From Nitrospirota bacterium (GTDB lineage: Bacteria; Nitrospirota; UBA9217), in NCBI GenBank assembly GCA_963737155.1, contig CAVTRN010000001.1, forward strand, positions 1,536,001 through 1,600,000: DNA of 64,000 nt, given 5' to 3'. The notes beneath the pieces are model-generated. The model did no database searches. It had not been told where the DNA came from and saw only the letters and a list, made by a program, of their open reading frames with translations. Shown piece after piece: positions 18,358-27,504 of this stretch; position 1 is the stretch's first letter; every line of letters starts with the position of its first letter. The translations under genes and the position numbers were made by a program.

Positions 18358-21276
18358 TTATTCTGCCTTATCCGAGGCACTTTTATTTTCCTTGATACCT
18401 TCCGGTTCAGGCTCATAAACATGAGTAGAGAAGCTAGTAAAATCAATTGGCTGTTCTCGCACCCACGGAATAATGTATGTTCCTACAATTTTATGCAATA
18501 CTCTATCTGTTACGCCTAGTTTTTTACAAAGGTGACCCCAGAGTACGATTTTGCGTGCCATACTAATGCTGGATAGCGACATTATCATAAGGTAAAAACT
18601 TAGTAGGAAGTACATAATTATTGGTAACTCAGAATGATTCTTTGTTCTAAGGTATAATTGTGTTTTCACCATCCATAACGTTATTAGGATAACCAATAGT
18701 GTTGGTATCATTCTAAATAAGAATCGTAACCAATTTCGGCCTGATGCTGACATCTTTCTTGGTAGACTATGCAAGAGGGTTTCGCAAAATACGATTGGGC
18801 GTAAGATAATTAATCGAGAAACACTTTCACTTATAATTGTTCTGAATAGACGATTTGCAATGGATATTTCTTTTGTTTTCTGATTAATTTCTTTATTATC
18901 CCTAATTCCGACAAGTAGTTCAGATAGAAAATCAATTGCTACAGGAAGCAAAAGGATGTCCTCGATACTCAAATATGTGGCCCTCAAGATTGCTTGAGCC
19001 TTTTCAGAGGTTGCATTTTGAATCCTATCTGCGATAACAGAAGCAACAAGATATTCCATGAATGATTTATGTCCAAATCGGAATGTACCAGGAGCAGCCG
19101 GGTCATCTGCTAAGAGGCCGCACGCCCGAACATCTGTTTTGACATGTTCGATACCAAATTCGTTATCTTGTAAACGGATGTGTAATGGTTTTGTGGTTTC
19201 CCCTGATGTTGCGGGTGAATCAGTCGAGACTGATAGTGGAATGGAATTTATTAAAGCGCTTATAGTTTCATTAAGCTGCGTTGCAGTAATCTGATTAGGA
19301 AGTCGTTTTGATGCCATGCAAGCTGCAATACCTGTCATAAAATACTCTCGTTCCAGTGTGGTAAGTGCCATAAACTCTGGTGAGCCAAACTCCTTCAAGC
19401 CTTGTCGTCGATAGCTGTGCCTTATAAATAAATCCATAACGAAAGCAGAAGTAAGTTCGTCAACTTTTTCAAAAAGACGTTCCTTTTCCCAAAGTACAGC
19501 CACTATATGCAATAGAGAAGGTCTTGATACAAGTTCTCTAAAACGAGAATTATTTTCGACTAGAGTATGAATTTGGTAAATTATTGTTGGCTTATAACTT
19601 CTTAAAGCCTCCTTAACTTGCTGAGAATTAAATGGCGCTAGCCGTAACGCTTCACAATATGGACTTTCCCCTACAGGCTTACTAATTCCAAGTGCTGCTA
19701 TCATTTCTTCTTCATCAAGGAAAAAGTTTGGTCGGCCTGTGATTAGTATTTTTGCATTTGGATAAGCAAATTGCCAAAGTGTTCTGAAGTGTTTGAGTCG
19801 CATCTCGAGGTCACCTACTAAAGCCATTTCATCGAATCCCTCAAAAACCAGAACAAGTCTTCCAGCAATAAGCAAACGTAATAGAGCTTGAGGGTTTATG
19901 CCATATTGTGCCGTCCAAGCACCTAGAAATTGGAGTGGGGTCAAATTTCGCGGACTAGTCCCTCTAAGTTCAATTAATATGGGAATACGATTGGACGAGT
20001 TTTGCCACTTTTTTATTAGGTGATAAGCCCACATAACAGTTGCCGTACTTTTCCCTTGTCCATACTCACCCAATAGCGCAATTTGCCGTTGACCGGTTGC
20101 ATCTAGCCAGGTATTTAGATATTCTTCTGCGTTGCGGTTATGCTTTTCGCCATTCTGAATAAAAAAAATAGAAGATGGAACATACACATCACAAAGGGTT
20201 AAGTCTGAGTCAGGTAAATGGTTAATTGTAACTCTTCGCCTAATATCGTTGAAGTAATCCTTGAAATCAATCAAACAATCAAGAAGACTATCTTCAGTTT
20301 CATAACGAATGAATGTGTTATTCCAATTAACAATCGGCTTATTGGTATGCGTTTTTGTTGCGACTATTATCTCGCCAACATTTTTATTATCATGTGAAGC
20401 TATTCGATCAACATACGATAGAAATTCCCTTAGCTTGCTTTCATTTACTTCTTCTAGAAGTGGATTTAAGAAAACCAAATCACCAGTATTAACGTTTGTT
20501 CCCACCCAACAGTTTGAACTATCATGCCAACCGTTATCAAGATCGAACGCATAAGAAGACGACGACAGGCGAACTAACTCCTTCGCTTGGTCTTTCCAAG
20601 CCAATGTATCTCTTACCGATTCTAATTGGGGAATGAACTGTTTTGGATTTATCTCTGTGTATACTTGTAAGGGAGATTCTCGCCTCAAAAGACGTTTGAG
20701 TTCATTCATCCCTTCCATAAAAAAATTTAGGAATTCAGAACGTTGTTCATGTCGATGCTGCTCAATGCTCTTAAGTCCATGCCAGTTCTTTTGTAGTTGG
20801 TGAAGTGTCCAAATAAGAATAATATAAAGTGTAATAATAAAAGCGTAATCAATCCATCGCGTATTTGATTGAAATACGGTCTTGTCAATAAACACACAGT
20901 AGAAAGCATTAGGAATCGACCACGGCATGAGGCCAGTTAGTAGCGATGCAACTAAAAATAGGCTCGCAAATATTGATGTGAAAAATAATAATAAAGAGAG
21001 TTCCTCGCGTAAATGTCGGCTCTGATAGATCCAGACCGACAGGCTACTTTTTATAAAGAGCAATGTGATAATTATCATTATGATACAATATGGGAGTGAA
21101 AAGTTATAATCTAATAAGTCTTTGTTAGATTGAGTGGTTTGTTGAAATATCCCACTCTTGTATTCAATTACTAGAAGGATAATTCCAACTAATATCGAGG
21201 TGGCAATGTTCACAAATATGCTTTTTAATAAGTTAGGAGTGGGATGATTTCCCTGTTCGTTCTTTGTTTTTGACAT
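18358..21276 (-). CDS. NACHT-domain NTPase with N- and C-terminal TM segments
   Basis: Walker A GEYGQGKST, Walker B LVFEGFDEM, KILITGRPNFF, RPSLL, FRFGHKSFMEYL. Confidence 0.85.
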   Translation of the reverse strand: MSKTKNEQGNHPTPNLLKSIFVNIATSILVGIILLVIEYKSGIFQQTTQSNKDLLDYNFSLPYCIIMIIITLLFIKSSLSVWIYQSRHLREELSLLLFFTSIFASLFLVASLLTGLMPWSIPNAFYCVFIDKTVFQSNTRWIDYAFIITLYIILIWTLHQLQKNWHGLKSIEQHRHEQRSEFLNFFMEGMNELKRLLRRESPLQVYTEINPKQFIPQLESVRDTLAWKDQAKELVRLSSSSYAFDLDNGWHDSSNCWVGTNVNTGDLVFLNPLLEEVNESKLREFLSYVDRIASHDNKNVGEIIVATKTHTNKPIVNWNNTFIRYETEDSLLDCLIDFKDYFNDIRRRVTINHLPDSDLTLCDVYVPSSIFFIQNGEKHNRNAEEYLNTWLDATGQRQIALLGEYGQGKSTATVMWAYHLIKKWQNSSNRIPILIELRGTSPRNLTPLQFLGAWTAQYGINPQALLRLLIAGRLVLVFEGFDEMALVGDLEMRLKHFRTLWQFAYPNAKILITGRPNFFLDEEEMIAALGISKPVGESPYCEALRLAPFNSQQVKEALRSYKPTIIYQIHTLVENNSRFRELVSRPSLLHIVAVLWEKERLFEKVDELTSAFVMDLFIRHSYRRQGLKEFGSPEFMALTTLEREYFMTGIAACMASKRLPNQITATQLNETISALINSIPLSVSTDSPATSGETTKPLHIRLQDNEFGIEHVKTDVRACGLLADDPAAPGTFRFGHKSFMEYLVASVIADRIQNATSEKAQAILRATYLSIEDILLLPVAIDFLSELLVGIRDNKEINQKTKEISIANRLFRTIISESVSRLIILRPIVFCETLLHSLPRKMSASGRNWLRFLFRMIPTLLVILITLWMVKTQLYLRTKNHSELPIIMYFLLSFYLMIMSLSSISMARKIVLWGHLCKKLGVTDRVLHKIVGTYIIPWVREQPIDFTSFSTHVYEPEPEGIKENKSASDKAE

Positions 21277-21431
21277 GCTCAGTATTCTCCTAATTTTAAC
21301 AAGTTAGTATAGGGACGGAAACCGCCCCGATAAGCACGAAATTTCGGTGTTAACGAGTTTAGCAATTAATGCGCCATATCGTTTTCATAATCCAGACAAC
21401 TATATGCCTGTCACCCTGCTTTGTCAACGAC

Positions 21432-21466
21432 TGCGCGGAGTAATGCGCGGAGTAATGCGTGAAGTA
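21432..21466 (+). repeat. Tandem 12-bp direct repeat
   Basis: TGCGCGGAGTAA x2 + TGCGTGAAGTA. Confidence 0.6.
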
Positions 21467-21897
21467 TTTTATTAGGTATTTCAACTACTACTAAATGGTG
21501 GGCATCGCTCAGTGGAAACTTGGAGAAGATTGAGGCATTGAAGAAAATAGCTGGAATCATGTTCCACCCGGTCAAATTCTCAAAAGGGGTCATGGGGGGC
21601 ATAGCTAGGATAGGAGTCTTCTACTCATCTCGGCGCGTCCCTATGTAGGGTTGCCCACTCTCCTACCATGCCTGAGACACGACCGCCTTCGCCTGTCCCC
21701 TCTGGTCTCCCTGACCAGAAAAAGGATGGCCCCAGGTTGTCCAAGGGCCATTATTAGACTGTAACTCTTTTTGTAACCGTCATAACGAAAATATACCAAC
21801 TTGCCCCCTCATCATCCAACACGGTAAAGACAAAAAAACCGCAATGAATCACTATCATTCATGCGTTCTCAGTCACTTACCTGTTTTGGATTTTACT

Positions 21898-21951
21898 GAC
21901 TCAAAATCATCCGGGGGGAACTCCATGTCGGTTCGATTCCGACCGCCGGCA
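21898..21951 (+). other. 3' half of tRNA-Leu(CAA): att-site duplicate, not a complete tRNA
   Basis: GACTCAAAATC anticodon arm, long variable arm, GTCGGTTCGATTCCGAC T-arm, GCCGGCA acceptor strand; no D-arm or 5' strand upstream. Confidence 0.8.
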
Positions 21952-22129
21952 CTATTCTTTTTCAAGTAGTTACGCAAGCTGTCCTTCCTTCTCACTCCCC
22001 TCTAAATTGGCTACTATAACCTCTTTATAACTGTTAGCACACCAGTTATGACTCTCGTCCTTTTGCATGCGCACCACGGCAACCTTTCCCATTCCACTGC
22101 GTAAGTCAGACTCGTTATAATAGTTAATT

Positions 22130-22867
22130 CCAAAGCTAAACCCCCGGCTTCGCCGGGGAGAATAGAAAAAGCTATGCTGTAGTATTTGAAAAAGAAAAGC
22201 TCCTTTCCTACAATAAGACCGCTGTTCCGATGGTCATCGTAAGAAAGGAGCAACCAGGTGAAGGAAAGTTTAGCACACACAGTCCATGATTGTAAATACC
22301 ATATTGTATTTGTGCCTAAGCTCAGGAGAAAAGTCATATACGGACGGCTTCGACAGGAAGTTGGCCCGATACTGCGTCGGTTGTGCGAATACAAAGGGGT
22401 GGGCATTTTAGAAGGGAAAGCCTGTATAGACCACATCAATTTGTGTCTGTCGATACCGCCCAAGTATGCAGTAGCGACCATTGTGGGGTATATAAAGGGA
22501 AAAAGCGCGATGATTGTGTTTGAACGGTACAGCAAACACAAGCGGAATTTCAAAGGTCATAGTTTTTGGGCACGCGGGTACTATGTCAGTACGGTGGGGC
22601 TGGATGAAGCGAAGATACGGAAATATATCAAGGATCAGGAAATCAACGAAGCAATTGTGGATAAGTATGATCGGGATGTCCATGACCCTTCTAGGGGTGC
22701 CCGTAGCAAGAGCAATTAGCAGCAATAAACCACGTGACGCGAATGGCTATCGGAACAGCCAAGTGCACCACGATGGACAGAAAAAGAAGATAACCCCTTA
22801 AGGGGTGCAAGTAACACTGCCCCTATGGGGCTTAAGCAAGCCACCGGCTACGCCGGTGGTCATGACT
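22130..22867 (+). mobile_element. IS200/IS605-family element (tnpA only)
   Basis: Subterminal hairpins CCCCGGC-TTC-GCCGGGG (22142-22158) and CCACCGGC-TAC-GCCGGTGG (22841-22859); exact ends approximate. Confidence 0.8.
22258..22719 (+). CDS. tnpA: IS200/IS605 Y1 transposase
   Basis: CKYHIVFVPK.RRK, SIPPKYAV, FWARGYYVSTVG, YIKDQE; HuH motif reads HIN. Confidence 0.92.
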   Translation: MKESLAHTVHDCKYHIVFVPKLRRKVIYGRLRQEVGPILRRLCEYKGVGILEGKACIDHINLCLSIPPKYAVATIVGYIKGKSAMIVFERYSKHKRNFKGHSFWARGYYVSTVGLDEAKIRKYIKDQEINEAIVDKYDRDVHDPSRGARSKSN

Positions 22868-23658
22868 AAAAATCTTTCATGTAGGTAGTAGGCAGAGTGG
22901 TATGGGAAATGTGCAACATGAAATTCGTACTTTGTGATATTTTTATTTAGCTATACCTTCTGTACTAATAATGCCTCCCGAATGGAGTGCAAATATGAAG
23001 TGATTTCGTGATAATTACAGAACTATTCTTCTCGTCGGCGGTGATATTGGCGTTCTCATGTGGGCGGCCATAGAAATAGTTCTTCACTTATTGTAATTAA
23101 CCCCTAAGAATACAAACTAGGTACTAATAACTATTATTGTTTTTTTGTGATATTTGCGGTATTGGCCTATACCCATATTTTTTCACTACAAAAACAGCTG
23201 CCAATGGGGACTATTTTTGGAAATACAGATTGCACGACGGAGCAGCTGATTGATCTGCAAGACCAGTTTGTCGCTTGGTCAGCTCAGTGCACAAAACGAA
23301 CCGGGGTATCGGGGAAGCTGTAGGAGAAGTCAAAAGATTTCAAGATGACACTCCGCCAGAAGTCGTTGCAGCAGTGCTCGTTAAGTTGACTTCGGATTTC
23401 TTCGCACGTGAGTGGAAATTGGGTAAGACGGTACATTAATTACCATCATAAATAATTTTCGGAAGATAGCGTATCGAGCGCCACAAATGCCCGTCGGGTT
23501 GACGACATGTTGAACCAGAGTTCTATTCGATAACTTTTCACTAGTTTTACCGTCCTTGCTGCGCTGATAAGTAAAAAAGCCTGCCAAATAAATATGGCAA
23601 GCTTTTCTTTAATGCAGGCACGAAATTGTGCCATATACTAAATTTTTCTATAGTCGCT

Positions 23659-23979
23659 TCAAGCAACTTTTTTACTTAAGTTTCTGTAATGATGTTTATG
23701 GTAATCTTTTCTACTCACAACATACGAGAATGAGGAAGAATCCTTATGTATGTAAACCTTTCCCATAAATTGATCATCCGTTAATAGCTCTACAATTGCA
23801 TTAATGTTAGATGTAGACTCTACGTTAATTTTGCATTTAGTAGTAAATTTATCAGAAAGCGCAACAGAAAAACGATCAATAGTCCCGATTAGATCTTTTC
23901 GAATTTTACGATAGTGGAACTGTCGCGCAACAAATAACCCAACAACGACAAAAAGAACAGCAACATTAAAAGTATTCAT
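23659..23979 (-). CDS. Hypothetical protein with N-terminal TM anchor
   Basis: VAVLFVVVGLFVA; GAGG RBS; third gene of an AT-rich operon. Confidence 0.6.
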   Translation of the reverse strand: MNTFNVAVLFVVVGLFVARQFHYRKIRKDLIGTIDRFSVALSDKFTTKCKINVESTSNINAIVELLTDDQFMGKVYIHKDSSSFSYVVSRKDYHKHHYRNLSKKVA

Positions 23980-23992
23980 ATTTGTTGTAACC

Positions 23993-24160
23993 TCATCTAT
24001 TTCTGACTATAGCATCAGTTAGCTTGTCGAGTGTATTCTTAATTATTTTTACCTCTGGGGTGCCATTCCAGTTTTTAATTGTATCTAAGATAAAATAAAA
24101 AACAAGTAGAATAGATATTAGATTGGAAACATTCCCTATGTAATTTTTAAAAAAATTCAT
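23993..24160 (-). CDS. Small single-TM protein (55 aa, below the ORF-track cutoff)
   Basis: MNFFKNYIGNVSNLISILLVFYFILDTIKNWNGTPEVKIIKNTLDKLTDAIVRNR*; TAATG coupling to the upstream gene. Confidence 0.6.
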   Translation of the reverse strand: MNFFKNYIGNVSNLISILLVFYFILDTIKNWNGTPEVKIIKNTLDKLTDAIVRNR

Positions 24161-24819
24161 TATTCAATATTCCAGCTTTGTTTTTTTCTCTTGAACCAAT
24201 CTAACTCATCTTTATATTTTTTAAAAGCTTCCAAAAGAATATCAAGACCACTTTCTGTAACTTCAAAAACAAATTGATTATCATCCTTTGTCGAGAGTTT
24301 AATCTCACATATGGGGTATAAATCTAACACTTTATTTTTATCAGTGGGATCTACAATAGATCTAAGACTAGTTACACCAACTATATTGCTAAGTTTCGGA
24401 ACTACCAAACCAACATGTTCTTTTTGAAGAGATTTAATTGCTTTTAGATCATCATAGATGAAATATTTCTCAAGAGATTGAATAACAGAATTGTCTAGTT
24501 CTTTTCCTTTAAAGAATTTAGAAGTTAACGTTTTTATGTCATTAATCGTATCACTAGTTTGCATCCTCTTAAGAAGCTGACTTCTTCTAATAAACTTCAA
24601 TAATTCAACAGCGGCTTTTACTTTTTCTGGATTCTCAAATTTATCAAAAAGTGAATTTACTAATTCGTCAGACTTTGCGCGATTCTGTAAAGATTCTGCT
24701 TCTGCAAGAGTAGTGGCTATATCATTCAACTGCTCAGCTGGCATTGAAGTTAATGTGCTGAAATCTACAAAGAAGTCATTACTTAAATCAACTAAATCAT
24801 CGATTAATTTTATTTTCAT
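24160..24819 (-). CDS. COMMD-like protein (helical N-domain + COMM-like C-domain)
   Basis: PKLSNIVGVTSLR...PICEIKLST...FVFEVTESGLDILLEAFKKYKDEL matches the COMM beta-beta-beta-alpha pattern; 219 aa; CDS is secure, family is inferred. Confidence 0.55.
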   Translation of the reverse strand: MKIKLIDDLVDLSNDFFVDFSTLTSMPAEQLNDIATTLAEAESLQNRAKSDELVNSLFDKFENPEKVKAAVELLKFIRRSQLLKRMQTSDTINDIKTLTSKFFKGKELDNSVIQSLEKYFIYDDLKAIKSLQKEHVGLVVPKLSNIVGVTSLRSIVDPTDKNKVLDLYPICEIKLSTKDDNQFVFEVTESGLDILLEAFKKYKDELDWFKRKKQSWNIE

Positions 24820-24997
24820 ATTTACACTAATAGTTTTTGATAAGTTGATTAATTGTTTCAGCAGTATCCCTATTAAATAAGATGTAACAAATAGACTCGT
24901 ATAAACTACCTACTCAGTGAAGAATTTATGTATTATTAAATATTCTTTTTAAAAAGTCAATAATCTTTATAATAATAATGAACCGTCGGATTCCGAA

Positions 24998-26520
24998 GAC
25001 GAGGTCAAGCTTTTAGTTGAAATTATCTGAGTGGCCCGTTCCCTTCGGCTAAAGTATTTTTATCGGTTCAACGGTGTAAATCATCGCTGTTTATAAAATC
25101 GGATTCGTAGGATCGCCATATGTGAGTTTTCTGAGGCCGAGCCATACCTAACCATCCCCCTTTACGCAGCCTCTTTGACTGTTAGGTCATTTAATTCTTC
25201 CGCTTCGATCCGTTTCATCACGTCCGCGATGAAGGCGTGGCCCTTGATCTTTCTGAATCCTTGTTCAGCATATAAGAGGACAGAAGCGAGCCAGCGCTGC
25301 ATCATCTTGCTGTCGCGGTAGCGCTTTATATTGCCTTCTGCTTTTCTCACCGTGGAAAACATGCTCTCGATAGGATTGGTAGAATGCAACGTCTTCCTCA
25401 AGAGAGCGGGGACCTTCAATCGATGAAGGGTGAGAATGTCTTCTATCGCTTCCATGAGCGAATCAGCCGCCGACTCATTAATGCCCCGAAGCCATTTCTC
25501 CATGTCCAGAAGCATCTGACGAGCGTCCGCGTAATTATTCTGCTCCAGGGCTGTCCGGAACCTCCAGTGTGCGCCTTTCCGGTATTTCTTCGGCAAATGA
25601 TGCTGTATATTCCGGTCCTTGTGGATCGTGCACCGCTGATGGATGAGTTTCTTACCGAAGCGATCCCGGAGTGCCTTGATTACGCCCTTGCCGCCATCGG
25701 TAACCCAGATGATTCGTCGTGAAAGTATCAGACCTCGCCGCTCTATATCAGAAAACAGCTCTTCACACAGTTCATGGTTCTCCGTCGCCCCCTGCCAGAA
25801 CCCCAATGTCTGCTTCTTTCCGGCAATATCAAGCCCCAGCGCCACGATGAATGCCTCTCCGCCGCGGTGAACAGTGTCTAAAAAGACCGCAAAGGGAACG
25901 AATGACGTGAGTGACCGTTCCTTAAACTCCTGAAGCTGTTTTGCTGTTGCCGCGACGATATGGCTCGATACCGTGCTGGCGGACACTCCAAATGCTCGTG
26001 CCGTATCTACAACTGTCTCCGCATACTTCCGGCATGATATGCCCCGAAGCACCTTTCCAAGCAATTCTTCTGCGAAGACTTCCGGTTTTTTCATCTTCTG
26101 ATAGCTCTGCAGTACAATCTCACCCGCCGGACCTCGAAGCCGAGGGTGGGTCACCGGGATCTTCTGATCTCCGATATAGACGGAACCGCCCTGGCTAGCC
26201 CACTTCCGCAGATCGGGACTGTTAGGCTGGTAGTCGGGGCCGGCAATCTCCTCCCGCTCGATGTACATGATCGTCTCTGCCATCATTCTGCCCATTTCCT
26301 TCATGCATTCATCAAAACCCTGTTTCCCTTTTGCGAAGACACAATACATCTGTTCGATGATCTCCCGCCTTCCGTATGCCTCTTCAATTCCTCGTATTGC
26401 CTTTTTTCTCTTCCTTGTGGTATCCTTCATTGAGTGGCTCCTTTCTTTTTTCTCTCTCTACCGTGGATTATGCCACGGGGGAGCCACTCTTTTCAATTTC
26501 AACTAAAAACAGTATAACCT
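24998..26520 (-). mobile_element. IS256-family element
   Basis: Imperfect IRs sharing TTTTAGTTGAAATT...GAGTGGC; flanking direct repeat GGATTCCGAA at 24988-24997 and 26521-26530. Confidence 0.85.
25162..26430 (-). CDS. IS256-family transposase
   Basis: VFLDTVH, VTDGGKG, HQRCTIHK.RN, STNPIES. Confidence 0.92.
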   Translation of the reverse strand: MKDTTRKRKKAIRGIEEAYGRREIIEQMYCVFAKGKQGFDECMKEMGRMMAETIMYIEREEIAGPDYQPNSPDLRKWASQGGSVYIGDQKIPVTHPRLRGPAGEIVLQSYQKMKKPEVFAEELLGKVLRGISCRKYAETVVDTARAFGVSASTVSSHIVAATAKQLQEFKERSLTSFVPFAVFLDTVHRGGEAFIVALGLDIAGKKQTLGFWQGATENHELCEELFSDIERRGLILSRRIIWVTDGGKGVIKALRDRFGKKLIHQRCTIHKDRNIQHHLPKKYRKGAHWRFRTALEQNNYADARQMLLDMEKWLRGINESAADSLMEAIEDILTLHRLKVPALLRKTLHSTNPIESMFSTVRKAEGNIKRYRDSKMMQRWLASVLLYAEQGFRKIKGHAFIADVMKRIEAEELNDLTVKEAA

Positions 26521-26846
26521 GGATTCCGAATCCATACATAGTTATAGTAATGGACACATGAAGTTTATCTACCAGATTAACTTCGATAATATCACTTCTT
26601 TTGTAAACATTATACCATGAAGATAGCTCATTCATCAACAGTGATTATGCGTGCGAATTGACTCACAATAAATGGAAAAGTCAGAAAAACCGATCGATTT
26701 ATTTATTATTATTGGGTATTCGTAACGTAGTGTGGATTCCCTCTGGTTTAATGCCCTGTGCACATCGTGGCAAAATCGTAAAATAGTGTTGAAATTCACA
26801 AATTGACAATGTATACTCAAATCGTAATCTAGTGTGGGAGGCACTT

Positions 26847-27152
26847 ATGTTAAAAACTAATATTCAAATCCCGATGATAAAAATCGAAGAGTTCTGCCTC
26901 AAATGGAAAATCAAGGAATTTTCTTTGTTCGGTTCGGTACTCACGGAAGATTTTCGTCCCGACAGCGACGTGGATGTGCTGGTGACGTTCGAGCGGGGTG
27001 GCAGTATTACGTTTGACAATCGCGTGGACATGCTGGACGAGCTGAAGGCAATATTTGGAAGAGAAGTTGACCTTGTCGAGAAAAAGGCCATCAGCAATCC
27101 TTTCCGCAGGCACTCGATCCTCACGACAAAGGAGGTCCTGTATGCGGCCTAA
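26847..27152 (+). CDS. MNT nucleotidyltransferase antitoxin (MntA-like)
   Basis: LFGSVLTEDFRPDSDVDVLV; FGREVDLV; GGAGG RBS. Confidence 0.9.
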   Translation: MLKTNIQIPMIKIEEFCLKWKIKEFSLFGSVLTEDFRPDSDVDVLVTFERGGSITFDNRVDMLDELKAIFGREVDLVEKKAISNPFRRHSILTTKEVLYAA

Positions 27153-27504
27153 TGAACGGGATGCCGCATATCTCCTGGACATGCTTCAGGCAGCAGAGAA
27201 GGTCCGCCGTTTTGTTAACGGGATAAAACAGGAGGAGTTTGCTGAAAACGGGGTGCTACGTGATGCCATCGAACGCAATATCGAGATCATCGGAGAGGCC
27301 GCTCGCAAAGTGACGGAGGCGTTTAAAAAGCATCATCCTGAAATTCCTTGGCGCAAGATAATTGCCCAGCGCAACGTGCTAGTTCACGAGTACGATAAGA
27401 TTGGTGTGGATGAAATGTGGAGTGTGGTGACGTTTCATGTACCAAACCTGATAGAGAATCTTGCGCCGTTGATACCTCCCACGCCGCCGGAGGTCGAATC
27501 CTAA
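27142..27504 (+). CDS. HEPN/DUF86 RNase toxin (HepT-like)
   Basis: IEIIGEAA, IPWRKI..QRNVLVHEY (RX4H); GGAGG RBS. Confidence 0.9.
   Translation: MRPNERDAAYLLDMLQAAEKVRRFVNGIKQEEFAENGVLRDAIERNIEIIGEAARKVTEAFKKHHPEIPWRKIIAQRNVLVHEYDKIGVDEMWSVVTFHVPNLIENLAPLIPPTPPEVES

Noticed and set aside
21898-21951. Functional tRNA-Leu gene
   Set aside because: The 5' acceptor strand and D-arm are missing; reported as an att fragment instead
23204-23411. Possible frameshifted small gene (MGTIFGNTDC... / ...EVVAAVLVKLTSDFLRT)
   Set aside because: Protein-like in two frames, but no RBS or recognisable family, so it cannot be supported
27417-27503. N-terminal extension of the ISL3 transposase in the ORF track
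   Set aside because: It overlaps the HEPN gene; the TAATG-coupled ATG at 27504 is the better start
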